A stretch of 64,000 nucleotides of DNA from Oculina patagonica (lineage: Eukaryota). The stretch lies in the NCBI RefSeq assembly GCF_052425735.1, contig NC_135768.1, positions 17,174,001 to 17,238,000 of the forward strand. Reading direction: 5' to 3'. Shown here piece after piece: positions 23,860 through 35,220 of the stretch. Every line of letters starts with the position of its first letter. Within the stretch, counting starts at the first letter, position 1. A program made the position numbers and the translations under genes. Under the pieces are notes generated by a model, which worked only from the letters and a program-made list of their open reading frames with translations, searched no databases and was not told where the DNA came from.

Positions 23860-25515
23860 AATTAACAGCCAAGAATAACTTTCTCACTGACGGAATATTT
23901 CAAGACTTACAAGAGATACTACTTCCATTCCCATACTTTGCTTTGTTTTTGTTCGAAGCGAAGTCGAACTCGCTTTGCTTTCATGTACTCCACCCATACT
24001 CTTCCACGCGGTCCGGCATTTATGAATAAGGTGTATATTAATGTAAAAATAAAGGAAAGGATGTTTTTCACTTCATTCGGTTGAAGCTAGGTAAAGAATA
24101 GTACACATGATCAGAAGGACTTCTGACGTGATGCCTTTTTTTGTATCTATTTCTGGAAAATACAACAAAGCATTTTTCAAACCAAAGTATTATTATTTTA
24201 AAAAATGAGCATAATTTCAGTTAAGTATTTTTTCGAACAAAAAACGAGCGTTGTTGGGAGCATAAAATACCCTTTTTACCAGCATAATCGGAAGAACCTC
24301 TGGTATGTTTTGGCGTTGGTATGTGCCGCCCGGGTCTGCAAAGTAGCACACCGTTCAGTTAGAAAGAACTTGCATTCAAAAGATACCCCGTTCTAGAAAC
24401 AAGTCACCCCGTTTTGGCTGCTGATAATTTGAAACTTTCGTGTGCTCCAAATACCATACCTCGTTCTGGAAATCGTCTATTATTGAAAACCCTGTTCTAG
24501 ATCGGGAACCCAAAATCACGACACCGTTGGTCGGCACAGACCCCTTTTTTGAGGAGTTCCCCATCTTCCACAATCGCCCCCTTTTCCCGGGAGAGAAGTC
24601 AGCTTTTATTTAATAAAGTTCGCGCCTTAAAGGAATTGAGAATTAAGGTAATTATAAAGTTATTACTTATCACTTGTTGTTTGGAAACTTGAGTCGTATT
24701 ACAACCGTAGTATTTTCGAAGGAACAGACCAGATAATATTTGAAACTTAGACCGTCTTTCCTCTAATAGCTTCCAAAACAACTCAAAAAGACACCGGAAA
24801 ACAGGTAAAAAACAATATATTTATATAATGACTATAATATTTTTAATACATTTGGGTCCCTTGACAGCGAGGCGATTATTTTCTGACTTTCAAAGAAAAT
24901 GGTGAAATCAAAGATTCATGACTTTATTTGACGTCACATCCAACAAAAACTGTGTAATCGTGCAAAACATTCTTAGGGCTTTGAAGTCAATGTGAAATAT
25001 TTTTGCTGTGCGTTAAATAGGGGGCCAATTATAAAATTCTTTGAATGAGCGCAATAAGGCCACATTTCGATTTCAACTATCACACAATTAACATCGCTGA
25101 ACGCCTTCTTAACCATCGAAGTATTTGCAACAGGTTACAAACAGGGATGTGCAATATTTGACAAACAGATCCGCCCCAAACATTTACAAAAAAAATGCTA
25201 TTTAATTCATTTCTCTTCCAGAACTTAAAACGTAGTTTTCAAGTCGTCACAATTGCAGTAGAAACGCTTCGGTTATACTATTCCTCTGCACGAGGAATGA
25301 CGCATGCCATAAAATGAATAACAAGTTTAAAAAATGAACAACTTCTTTTAGTTGAACAATTTATTCATCCATTTTATCCTTGGATTACGAATAAACATTA
25401 CACAGCAACACCGACTTTTTGCCTTTATTTATAATTTACATCTCTTCAGGACGAGAGGATGATGCTGCCCAAGCAGTTCAGTTACAAAGGGTTAACTAAA
25501 TTATTTGCAGCTCAA

Positions 25516-26499
25516 TTATGCCCTTCCATTACTGGAAGAAAGAGTACATTTCGAACACCTAAACAACTTCTTCAATGGATTGGAGAACCGGGAGCTGGAT
25601 AAGAAAACAATTACTGGATTAACTGCTGTGCTTAAAGTTGGAAAAACATAATAAGACAAACCTTGAAGAAGTATAGACGAATCTTTGGTGAACAACAATG
25701 GAAAGAACATGTTTAGCAATATATATACACACAGTGGAGTCCAGCAAAGGAAAAAGGTAATCACAGTAGAGATGAAGATTTTCATTACAACCTGGTTCTG
25801 TTGCCTATTCCGTATTCTTATACTGTGAATTTCACCCACCGGACTTATTCGTGTTAAACACTTCATAATTCTAGAGTAAAGTATAATTATCAAAATAAGT
25901 GGTACGCAGTAAAATACTAAAAGGCCTACAGTATAGAATATATACAGTTCCATATTGCTCCATGGAGACGAAAACTTACAAACTGTTTGGCGACCTTCCT
26001 GCACGATTTTGGAAAACCAGACGTACGGAAAAAGACTTAATAGCGGTAGCACCCATGAAAACAAGAACAAAACTCTTCGAAGTCGTCTTGTTAACCCTCT
26101 AGCCTGAAAAGGAAGTACAATGGCGATAAATCTGTCCACGACAATCAGCACAAAGCTAAGAATTGAAACACCCTGTGATACAGCTCTTGAATACATTCCC
26201 AGTTTGCACACAAACGTAGTCATCGAATCTGCGATGACTTGTTTCCTTGAAAGCATCCCGTCAGTAGCATAGAGGGGCCAGTTGGTCAAAGCGGAGAGTA
26301 GATCAGAAACTGCCATGTTGACAATGAAATAGTTTGTGCTTGTTCTGAGAGTGGCGTTCATTAGGAAAATCACTGTGACTAGAATGTTGCCGACAAATGC
26401 TGAAATACTAACGAAGAAAATAACTGCCGTGAACGTCGTCGAAATAATATCAGAACGTGTTGATTGATCTTCAAAATTATTAATACTAGAGTTGTTCAT
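25516..26499 (-). CDS. Intronless class A GPCR, neuropeptide-receptor-like (unrelated to cluster family), 327 aa
   Basis: MNNSS start at 26499; GN, NYFIVNMAVSDL, TM3 Cys (FVCKL), DRF, ECL2 Cys, FFLCWTP, VNPVIV. Confidence 0.88.
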   Translation of the reverse strand: MNNSSINNFEDQSTRSDIISTTFTAVIFFVSISAFVGNILVTVIFLMNATLRTSTNYFIVNMAVSDLLSALTNWPLYATDGMLSRKQVIADSMTTFVCKLGMYSRAVSQGVSILSFVLIVVDRFIAIVLPFQARGLTRRLRRVLFLFSWVLPLLSLFPYVWFSKIVQEGRQTVCKFSSPWSNMELYIFYTVGLLVFYCVPLILIIILYSRIMKCLTRISPVGEIHSIRIRNRQQNQVVMKIFISTVITFFLCWTPLCVYILLNMFFPLLFTKDSSILLQGLSYYVFPTLSTAVNPVIVFLSSSRFSNPLKKLFRCSKCTLSSSNGRA

Positions 26500-27766
26500 G
26501 TTTCCTTGTCCAATAGTTTTGTTTCCCCCGAATGTGTGACAACAACTTATGATGATCAAACCCTCCTTTACATTAACCTGAGGATGAAATGCTTGTGTAC
26601 CAGCTTTGCGATGTTTTCTCTTTAACTTTGCGGACAATACATACGATGTCTTAAGACTTCCTATGCAACTGTCTGCGGGCTTTAATGTATTGACAAAAAC
26701 AATTTAAAAGAGGAAATCTAACTTTTGAATAAACAGAGAAGCATAAATTTGGCGCCAAGACACTTACGAAATTAAGCCCGTTGAAGAAGCTGGAACTCTC
26801 GATTATTTTAAAAGCTACCAAAAAGGGGTCAAGTTGTTTAGTATAATACACGACATTTGAACTTTTTCTCTTCTCAGTATGGCTCTACATACCCGGCCGT
26901 TTTCGAAGAGCATTTTAGATAAATGATAGTTCGCTTATAAAACGAATCAAGCTCAATTTGCTTAATGTCTCAGTAGGAAACCGTTAACGTTCGCTAAAAG
27001 AGTTGTTACGCGATTGAGCATAATACGCTTCACGCGATGAATTTTGATGGATTTATACATTCTAAATCAATTGACTCTTGAGGCGTTGTGAATTAAAAAT
27101 TAAGTGAAAACAAACTGCGCCAAAACCGTAGGTTTCGTATTCATTTTAATAATGCTAAATGAGTATAGCAAACTACAGATGGAAAGTGCTTTTACGATGA
27201 AACGCAGGGGTAAAGGTGTAACCAATCGAAACGTTCTGCCATACTGTGACAAGACTAGACAATTTTATACAAAACCTGGTATTAAAAAGCATTTTAAGGG
27301 TTCACCCAGGCATTAAAAGCAATTTGATAGCATTTGCTTCAAAGTTAAATTGAGTAAGTACACTTGCACACCACGCTCCATCAACTACGTTTCTGCCGTA
27401 AATCATTCTTAATTTGGAAAATGGATAACGATAGTAAAGGTCTTCCAACTTTTCTGTCAGAGTGGATATAATTCCTTAACAAAGACAATGAAAACGAAGC
27501 AATACAGATAATTTTGATTTCCATCGAAAATTAAACTTGCTCTATTTTGGAGCAAAAATTTGCGTTTTTCCTTACCCTATTTAACATCTGACGTCAACAT
27601 CGATATCCTAATTGAGAGCAGATTTGCCCAAGAACTGCTTAAAACATTTGACAAGGGCTTCGAATTCCCCACGTTTTAAACTGCATCTTAAAAGTGCATT
27701 TTTAAAACAATAATCAATCAAAACAGTTCCGTCCAAAAGTTATTTATGGGTTAGAGACTGTTCTGA

Positions 27767-27873
27767 GTGTTTTGTTGACAAATACACGCACGCGCTGGCC
27801 GCACAATGAACGAGTTCAAGTTCATTCGAGTTCATTGTGAGGCCAGCAAGTGCGTGTATTTGTCAACAAAACA
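27767..27873. repeat. Fold-back repeat
   Basis: GTGTTTTGTTGACAAATACACGCAC ... GTGCGTGTATTTGTCAACAAAACAC with paired inner arms. Confidence 0.8.
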
Positions 27874-28686
27874 CGAACGGAGAGACTCTAACCTTTTTAA
27901 TATACAATCTGAGTACACTGCAAGCGATCATCGTCTTAACAAACTTCAAACAATAAGCTTAATGTTTAAAAATAAGAAGTGTAGTAGTACATAATTACAC
28001 GGGATTACATCAATAATATAAAAATCACAAATAAGCCGTACAGAAATAAAGCTTAAAATGGTTAATAAAATCGTTCATCAGCTGTAGTCGTTCATAAATA
28101 CAGTCAGCGAGAAGCTTGTTCAAAGCAAGTCGATGATTTTCACATTCAAGCAACTACAAGCAAGTCAATCGCACACAAAAAATGTATTTATTGAGCTGCA
28201 GTTTACCTTTGAACATGAAAGCGCTTCAAGTTGTTATCCTCTTCGATAATGTTTGGTATTGGATCGTTGATAATTTGAGGAATCATTTTTCTTCCACTTC
28301 TGCAAGCCTTGAGGCTGAAGACACTTTCAATAATGCACGATTTTTGTGCATTATTGTCAATACTGCACTTTCGGAGTTTGCTGACGACAGGTAAAGCAAA
28401 ATCACATGATCTATTTTAACCAATTGCGCGCGCGGATTTTGGACAGTGAACGAAGATTGTATATTAAACCTTATTACTGACCAGAATGCACACACCATAC
28501 CTTTTCTAAGACCAAAATGGTCAAAACCTATACCCTCAGGCTATTTCAGACTGAAGTGGTTTAAGAACCATACTCTTCTGCACCCTGCAAACCTATATAG
28601 CGTATATAAAGGGTACCTCCTCTTCCGTGAGTAAGACCGACCAAGTATAGTAGAACTTCTATTTAGTGGCACACCTATTAAGCAGG

Positions 28687-28984
28687 GAGGCGCGGTGGCC
28701 TAATGGTTAGCGCGCCGGACTCCGGAGCGAGCGTTCCGGGTTCGAGCCCTGGCCGGGGTCACTGTGTTGTGTTCTTGGGCAAGACACTTTACTCTCATAG
28801 TGCCTCTCTCCACCCAGGTGTATAAATGGGTACCGGCGAAATAATGCTGGGGGGTTCCCTGCGATGGACTAGCATCCCATCCAGGGGGGAGTAGAAATAC
28901 TCCTAGCTGCTTAATGCTAAGGAAACCGGGATAAGCTCCGGCAGTATGCGCCACTTTGGCTCGAAGCTGACCTTTTTTTTTTTT
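28687..28984 (+). mobile_element. Full-length tRNA-derived SINE
   Basis: A box (TGGCCTAATGG), B box (GGTTCGAGCCC), T-rich tail, 12-bp TSD CTATTAAGCAGG (28675-28686, 28985-28996). Confidence 0.92.
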
Positions 28985-30142
28985 CTATTAAGCAGGCACT
29001 CAGAAAATTCCCGAAACGACTGCAAAACTTTACTGTAAACTTCAAGTGACCTTCATTTAGCGCGGTCACTTGTATTAAGCGGACACGGTCAGCATTATGG
29101 AAAAATTAAGGACACATGTACCTGCCATTGACCTTTGTTAATTTATTAACAGAAATATGTTAATGTTAAAAGCAGAAAATGTGCTTGCTGTAAACAACTT
29201 GAAAAGATAAATTTTTGCTTTTCTTCTCAGTGTGTAGTCGAAAAAAAACTGGCACTATGTCTGGTTAATGTTTCCTTTTTTCAATTGCTTGAAATCAAGA
29301 TTCGATAAGCGATATTTAATTCCCTTAACGCATCAATTTTCGAAATCGGAAGTGTTGGTCACAGGAAAATGCCCAATGAGTAAAATCAAACATCGTGAGT
29401 TTCCTTAAAACAGTGAGTTTCCTTAATTAAATTAATCGATTTTAGCCAAACAAGGTATACTGTGATTTATTTCATATTAAGGCCTACCTATGGTAAGAAT
29501 ATGAGCGAAATCCATTTTACGACTCTTACCGGAAAATGTTTAACCGTAAGTAACATGGGCTCTTAAATATCTTCGTAACTAAAAATGGTATTTGAAAACG
29601 GAAAACGCCATTTTGAATCTTTCGTTGAATACTCTTTGAAACGCCTAAAATTGCAAGGGGTGAAAATTTGACCATAGTAGCACTTTAAAGAAAACGAGAA
29701 AGCTTAAATAAATGTATGTGCCAGAAAGGCAGTTAGACAGTTCGCGTCAAAAAGCGTATTTTAGTTTGCTTTTATTAGTTATCTTTTGCACTTTTGTTTT
29801 GGTTCATTGCCAGTCTCAAAGTGTGCGGTTAACATATTTGGATTTCAAGCGTTCTTTGTTGACTCTTCGTTTGCCTCTGGTCGCCATTTATGAAGAGTTA
29901 AAAAGAGAATAAGACATAAAGACCATATCTAAAGAAATTGCTTTTTTTCCCCGATTACCTTTTAATACTTTTAGCGCATGTTTTCTGCAGGTGACAGCAA
30001 GGTAAACATGGACATGGAGTCCTTCCCCTATTCAAGAATCAGTAGTATAGAAAAAAAATTCTTTGGCCTGTTATTCTGTCGAAGTGTAATAATGTATGCA
30101 GGGTCTTCAAGTGCAGTAATGTCTGAATTGCCAAAGAAAGCC

Positions 30143-30556
30143 GGGGGGGGGGGTACTCCCTATAATGGCCTATACGGGGAGGCTCCGCCCGAAAGGGGTA
30201 CCTTTTTAAGGCTCCAGGTATATAAAAGGGTAGGGATTTCACAAATTTAGGTATATGAAAGGGTATGGAAATCTGTGATAATGATATTTTTAAAGGCCGT
30301 TACATTAAATATTTCGAGCAGACGCAGCTTTTGGCTGTATCGTCTTAATTTATTAAGCGCTACATAAAAATGACAAGAAAACTTTCCGTCTTTGGTAAAT
30401 GTGATGTAGTGTAGGTATATGAAAGGGGTGCCTTTTTGCAATAAAAGGTATACAAAAGGGGTACCTTTTCTATCAAAATAGTATATAAAAGGGTAAGGGG
30501 TTGGATCTCCGGGCGGAGCCTCCCCGTACAAAACTTTTTCGAGTACCCCCCCCGGG
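30143..30556. mobile_element. MITE with G/C-run termini
   Basis: (G)nTACTC / GAGTA(C)nGGG termini; TSD AAGAAAGCC (30134-30142, 30557-30565); empty site at ~61762-61771 in the paralogous block. Confidence 0.88.
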
Positions 30557-32062
30557 AAGAAAGCCTATTTCAATAAGAAGCTCTATTACTGAAATAGAAA
30601 TCATACCAAAATCAGCAGAAATCTTAAGTCATGGTTGTTTATTAATGAATAGTAGGCGCTGAAATATACCTCCAGCTTTGCTGAATATAACGAAAAATCG
30701 TATCGTTCATCTCTTTCATTTCGAAGGCGTCAACAGACTTTTGTTATCTGACATTCTTATAAAAGTAATTAGTTTTTTGACATTATCAACAACATTTGAG
30801 CTTTATTTGCATAAACCTAAAAACTGGTTTGTAGGGTACCTTTGATCTCTTTTGACGTAGCTATGGCAGCCATGATGTCAAAAAAACTTATACAAATTTA
30901 TACTTAACAATTAAACTACTTGCCCTCGTTTTCTTTGAGCAATAGTCAACGAGGCGCAGCCGAGTTGACAATCGCTGATAGATAACGAGGGATAGTCTAA
31001 TTGTTTTAGTAGAAAATCTAAAGGATTATAGTTCAAAAACCAAAAAACAAGAAAGTTGTTCTTTCAAAGAGCAACGAGCGCACGATCATGTTCTATCAGC
31101 GAACAGAAAACAGCGGACAGAACCAATCAGATCCGCGGACCATGACGAGCTTAGCCCTCAAAAAAAATTCTGTCCAGGAGGTCATTTAATCTTGTACATA
31201 ACTTGTCACCGCATGCCAGGAAATGTAAAATGAAACCCGTCCTAGCTATGTGTACGTGATCTGTTTCTTGTGTCACGCAGTTTCTGCTTTCGCGGTTTCG
31301 AAACGTGCCGATGCATCTTCTTTAAGAATATTCTTTGCTAAATTGTCGATATCGGCATTGTTTGCGACCTTAAATCGATGATTACTGTTTCATAAGATTT
31401 CCTGGCAACACGACCGAGTTTGAGTCGGCGTTTTGGTGTTTTTGTATCAGCTATACGACATTGGATATATCGATATCCGACGGACAGCCGCAAGTATGAG
31501 TCGACTTTGGTAAGTTACAAATGTAAAAGCGAGTCAACGAAAATGATATCCGTAAGAGCGAGATCAAAATAAATTTTTGCACGCGGAAACAAGTTGAATG
31601 TGTGAAGATTGGGGCTTTCAAGGAGTCGATTGTTGTAGTCTTCACGACATGAACTGAGTAGCATTGTTACCAATTTTAAACGTGTTTTTATTGCATTTTT
31701 TGTGACATGTTCCTCGCTACACTACAAAACTCGTATGGATGAATGCGAAACAGGAAAACCATGCAAGATTGTGCAAGGGTTTCGTCTAATAAACGAAAAG
31801 AGATTCGGCATTTTCGTCTAATGATTACTGTTGCCGGGTTAATTTATTCTGGCGGGAATATAAAAATATCTGCGGTACGTAGTTTAGCAGATATTTGCTT
31901 TCTGCACGATCTGTATTTCATATTCTCATTGTGTTTTTCACAATGAGGTGTTTCAGGTTACGTCATAGCTGTTAATTGCGTTTCATATATATACGCCGTT
32001 GTCAGTTTGTGTTCTTCCTTCGGGTCTGCAGACGCCACACGATACACCACTACTTTTTTATC

Positions 32063-32851
32063 ATGTCTGACTCAGAAGAAGCCAGAGCACGTGGCAGCTC
32101 AACTTCTGGAGTGCTGGATCCTTCCGTTAGTTCTGTCATTCAATCTACCGTTTCCGAATCCATAAGTTCTTTAACTGATAACCTCACACAGGTTATCGAA
32201 TCTCGTCTCAGCGATTTCGCAAAGCGATTTTCCGAGCAAAACAGCTCGTCCGTTGAACAAGCTGTCAAGAAAGCTCGCCGCGAACAATATACCTGCAAGA
32301 GAAAAGGAAATCAGCAGCAGCTAGACCACTCTCTCCAAGTTCTGGATAAGCTGGACGAAGCTTCTGATGCTCTCAAACACAAATCGTACGAAAAAGTAAA
32401 AGTCGCCGTTGAAGCAGGTACTGAGTTGGTCTCGAAGCGTATTAAAGCAATTAAATTAGCCGACAAGAGTGAGTTTGGATGGGCGACCGTCAACGAATAT
32501 TTGTCTGATGAGCTCGCTTCGGACTCCGACGACGAGAAGAGAATTTACCGGGCTGAGAGGAGAGCCGAGAGGAAAGTGAATAAGGAGAAGCGTCGACGTG
32601 CCCGTCCTGTCGAGAAAGGAAATAGTTCCACTTCTGCATTCCGAGCTGCTTCTTCGCCAAGAAATTCGTCAAGCGATTTGGCTTCTCGTTTTGAGGCTAG
32701 GCCAGCGCGTCGATTGGGCCCTTGTTTTAAGATAAGTATTCAGCACGTTTTCGCTATACTATCTTTGTTCTTTACTTCGTCGATTATGGCGTTGCACACT
32801 GCCCATAATCCTATATTCTCAGTGAATTACTGTGTTTTGTTGACGTTCTAA
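32063..32851 (+). CDS. gag-like ORF1 of a DIRS-order element, broken at the start of the zinc knuckle
   Basis: KGNQQQ, IKLADKSEFGWATVNEYLSDELASDSDDEKRI motif recalled from invertebrate DIRS-like ORF1. Homology ends at GPCFK (~32731); no pol follows. Confidence 0.7.
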   Translation: MSDSEEARARGSSTSGVLDPSVSSVIQSTVSESISSLTDNLTQVIESRLSDFAKRFSEQNSSSVEQAVKKARREQYTCKRKGNQQQLDHSLQVLDKLDEASDALKHKSYEKVKVAVEAGTELVSKRIKAIKLADKSEFGWATVNEYLSDELASDSDDEKRIYRAERRAERKVNKEKRRRARPVEKGNSSTSAFRAASSPRNSSSDLASRFEARPARRLGPCFKISIQHVFAILSLFFTSSIMALHTAHNPIFSVNYCVLLTF

Positions 32852-33092
32852 GTTAGTGCAGAAATACGAGGTAACGCAATTCGCAAACAGCGCGGCTCGC
32901 CGCCGTTCATCAAAGATAGAAGCAAGACAAACACCGCACAATGGTAAGTTGTATTTTTGCTGTTTTTTTTTTTGTGGAATATAAACTTAAGCTTGGGTTT
33001 TCAGTTTCAGTATGGTCGCCTATGTCAAGCGCTGTAATAATAATCAGCGGTGCTTAAACCTGGCTAATCCGCGCTGACTTATTTCGCTCTAC

Positions 33093-33575
33093 TAACCTCG
33101 CGCTAATTTTTTCTGTCTTACTTGGGTGGTGAGTTCTTCACTGAGCTCTTGTTATCTGTGGGCAGAATATTAACCTCGCGCTAAATTATTCTGTCTTACT
33201 TGGGTAGTGAGCTGAGTTCTTTACTGAGCTCTTGTTATCTGTGGGCAGAATATTAACCTCGCGCTAAATTATTCTGTCTTACTGGGGTAGTGAGCTGAGT
33301 TCTTTACTGAGCTCTTGTTATCTGTGGGCAGAATATTAACCTCGCGCTAAATTATTCTGTCTTACTGGGGTAGTGAGCTGAGTTCTTCACTGAGCTCTTG
33401 TTATCTGTGGGCAGAATATAACCTCGCACTAAATTATTCTGTCTTACTGGGGTAGTGAGCTGAGTTCTTTACTGAGCTCTTGTTATCTGTGGGCAGAATA
33501 TAACCTCACGCTTAATTATTCTATCTTGCTTCGATGGTTAGTTCTTTACGGTGTGCAGAATATTTACCTTGCGTT
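33093..33575. repeat. Tandem array of ~79-83-bp units (~6 copies)
   Basis: Units start at 33093, 33172, 33255, 33338, 33420, 33502 (AACCTCGCGCTAAATTATTCTGTCTTAC..GTTATCTGTGGGCAGAATATT). Confidence 0.95.
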
Positions 33576-34308
33576 ATTTTTTTTCAATCCGCGACGGAAG
33601 GGTTTTTTTTTTATCAATTTTTATTGAGCTGTTTTAAGACAAGAAAATCAACATAGAATCCAGCTTATATCTGCTTTTTCTTTCTCCACAGAGAAGCCGC
33701 GGCTATTATGGCTGACACCTCACTGTACATTGCGGCAGTTCAACGTGCGAACTACGATCTTATGTTACCGATCTTAATCCCCTTAATGGAGAAATATTCT
33801 CCACTAAGGGGATTAAGATCTAATTTGCATAAATTTTTTTTGAGGACTAAGCTCGTCATGGAACACGGATGAGTTTCTACTAATTAAATTTATTGCCTAA
33901 CACTGTTGGTGTAGCTGCCTTTAGTTCAAAACTGAGCCACCTTTATATCAAAACTAATGAAAAAAATTCAAAATTAAAAGCACAGCAAATTTATGCAGAA
34001 CTTTCTGTCAAGATTTCCTTACTTTTGTCACTATTCACTCTAAGGGATGCTTTGTATACTTTTGGGCGGGATGAAACTGTTATGATTCTTGTTCCATCGT
34101 AATAAAATAATCAATGATGGGGAAATCAACGCCTATAATCCTTTACAATGGCCTTTGTTAAAAAAGCCTTGGAGATGAAAATTAAACAAGATCTAGAGAC
34201 CAACTCAAAGGAAACTGATTATTTTTGGACGCGGACGATTTTTTGACCACAAAGAAGCTAAAACCTATTTTTCTTTTATTAAGTTGGGTTTTTAAAAGAA
34301 GAAACATT

Positions 34309-35220
34309 ATGGACAACAACACCTTATTAAGGAACGAATCGGCAGCAAGGGATTACTTTGACTTTGAAGAAAATACTCATCCTGAAAATATCGTCATCAT
34401 ATATTGCGCTCTCAATGCACCACTGATGATCATGTCCATTGTTGGCAACGCTCTGGTGATAGCAGCAATTTTGGGAACTCCTTCGCTTTCTTCGCCGTCT
34501 ACAACTCTGCTCTGCAATTTGGCCTTCACAGATCTTCTTATTGGACTTGTTGTACAACCACTGTTCATTACCAGTGAGTTTATGCGCAGTCAATCTTTAT
34601 GGCGCTTTAATGAAATCCAGTCTTACAGTTTATGTGGAGTGTCTCTATGCACATTGACAGCCATTAGAGCGGATAGATTTGCGGCTCTTCACTTCCACAT
34701 GAGATATGTTTCCATAGTAACTACATCACGCGTTTCATTCGCCTTAATAGCAATGTGGCTTATAATTTTCTCGGTTGCGATTTCTCTAAACCTATGGAAC
34801 AGACCGATGTATTTTATATTTTCATCGGTTTTTGTCGTAGTATGTCTGTTGATATCTTCATTTTGCTACATTCGAATTTTCAAAATTGTTCGACGACATC
34901 AAATACAAATCCACGCTCAACAACAGGCAGTGCAAAATTCAGATACTAATAATAACTTAAACATAACCCAGTTGAAAAAAAGTGCAATTAACACTTTTGT
35001 ATTTTATACTTTTCTGCTTTTGTGTTACATTCCAACGTTTATTTTTTTAGCTCTTCTTGGAATGGCAAAAATGGATTGGCAAAAGGAATGGAACTTTGCT
35101 ACCACTTTAGTATTCATGAAATCTTCCATTAACCCACTTTTGTATTGTTGGCGTCTTAGCGAGCTTCGAAGGGCAGTTGTTAAGACAGCAAGAAAAATGA
35201 TATGTACAAAAACAGAGTAA
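34309..35220 (+). CDS. Intronless class A GPCR, 303 aa
   Basis: MDNNT start; LAFTD, DRF, CYIP, KSSINPLLY. Confidence 0.9.
   Translation: MDNNTLLRNESAARDYFDFEENTHPENIVIIYCALNAPLMIMSIVGNALVIAAILGTPSLSSPSTTLLCNLAFTDLLIGLVVQPLFITSEFMRSQSLWRFNEIQSYSLCGVSLCTLTAIRADRFAALHFHMRYVSIVTTSRVSFALIAMWLIIFSVAISLNLWNRPMYFIFSSVFVVVCLLISSFCYIRIFKIVRRHQIQIHAQQQAVQNSDTNNNLNITQLKKSAINTFVFYTFLLLCYIPTFIFLALLGMAKMDWQKEWNFATTLVFMKSSINPLLYCWRLSELRRAVVKTARKMICTKTE

Larger units (their letters stand above)
19921..29562. mobile_element. 9.6-kb TTAA-flanked TIR element (Kolobok-like) carrying host-type genes
   Basis: TTAA at 19917-19920 and 29563-29566; termini GAG..CTC; imperfect TIRs whose core 19981-20058 matches the reverse complement of 29435-29511 at about 70/78 nt. 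Confidence 0.7.
19095..29684 (-). mobile_element. Outer Kolobok-like non-autonomous element, split into ~19095-19317 and 29567-29684 by two nested insertions
   Basis: Right end ..CATAGTAGCACT followed by TTAA (29685-29688). Removing the nested elements rejoins ..TTTGCATATTTTACGATTTTTTTAAC-CTTAA-ATATCTTCG... The whole interval is missing from the paralogous block at ~61095-61140. Confidence 0.65.
31140..33861. mobile_element. Element bounded by ~30-bp inverted repeats, enclosing the DIRS gag fragment and satellite
   Basis: CCATGACGAGCTTAGCCCTCAAAAAAAATT (31140-) vs AATTTTTTTTGAGGACTAAGCTCGTCATGG (-33861). No clear TSD; absent in the paralogous block. Confidence 0.6.

Noticed and set aside
26500-26637. 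N-terminal extensions of GPCR ORFs (also 34225-34308 and 62632-62715)
   Set aside because: Non-ATG starts from the ORF caller; paralog-like ATG starts lie downstream.
28687-28760. tRNA gene
   Set aside because: The A/B boxes belong to a SINE head followed by a body, tail and TSD.
31300-31400. Crypton YR N-terminal remnant on the minus strand (HRFKVANNADIDNL)
   Set aside because: Too short and weak to support without a profile search.
33093-33575. CRISPR array (also 56341-57158 and 2085-2201)
   Set aside because: The satellite units are homologous over their whole length with no unique spacers. The DIRS hairpins are short and non-identical. There are no cas genes and the context is eukaryotic.
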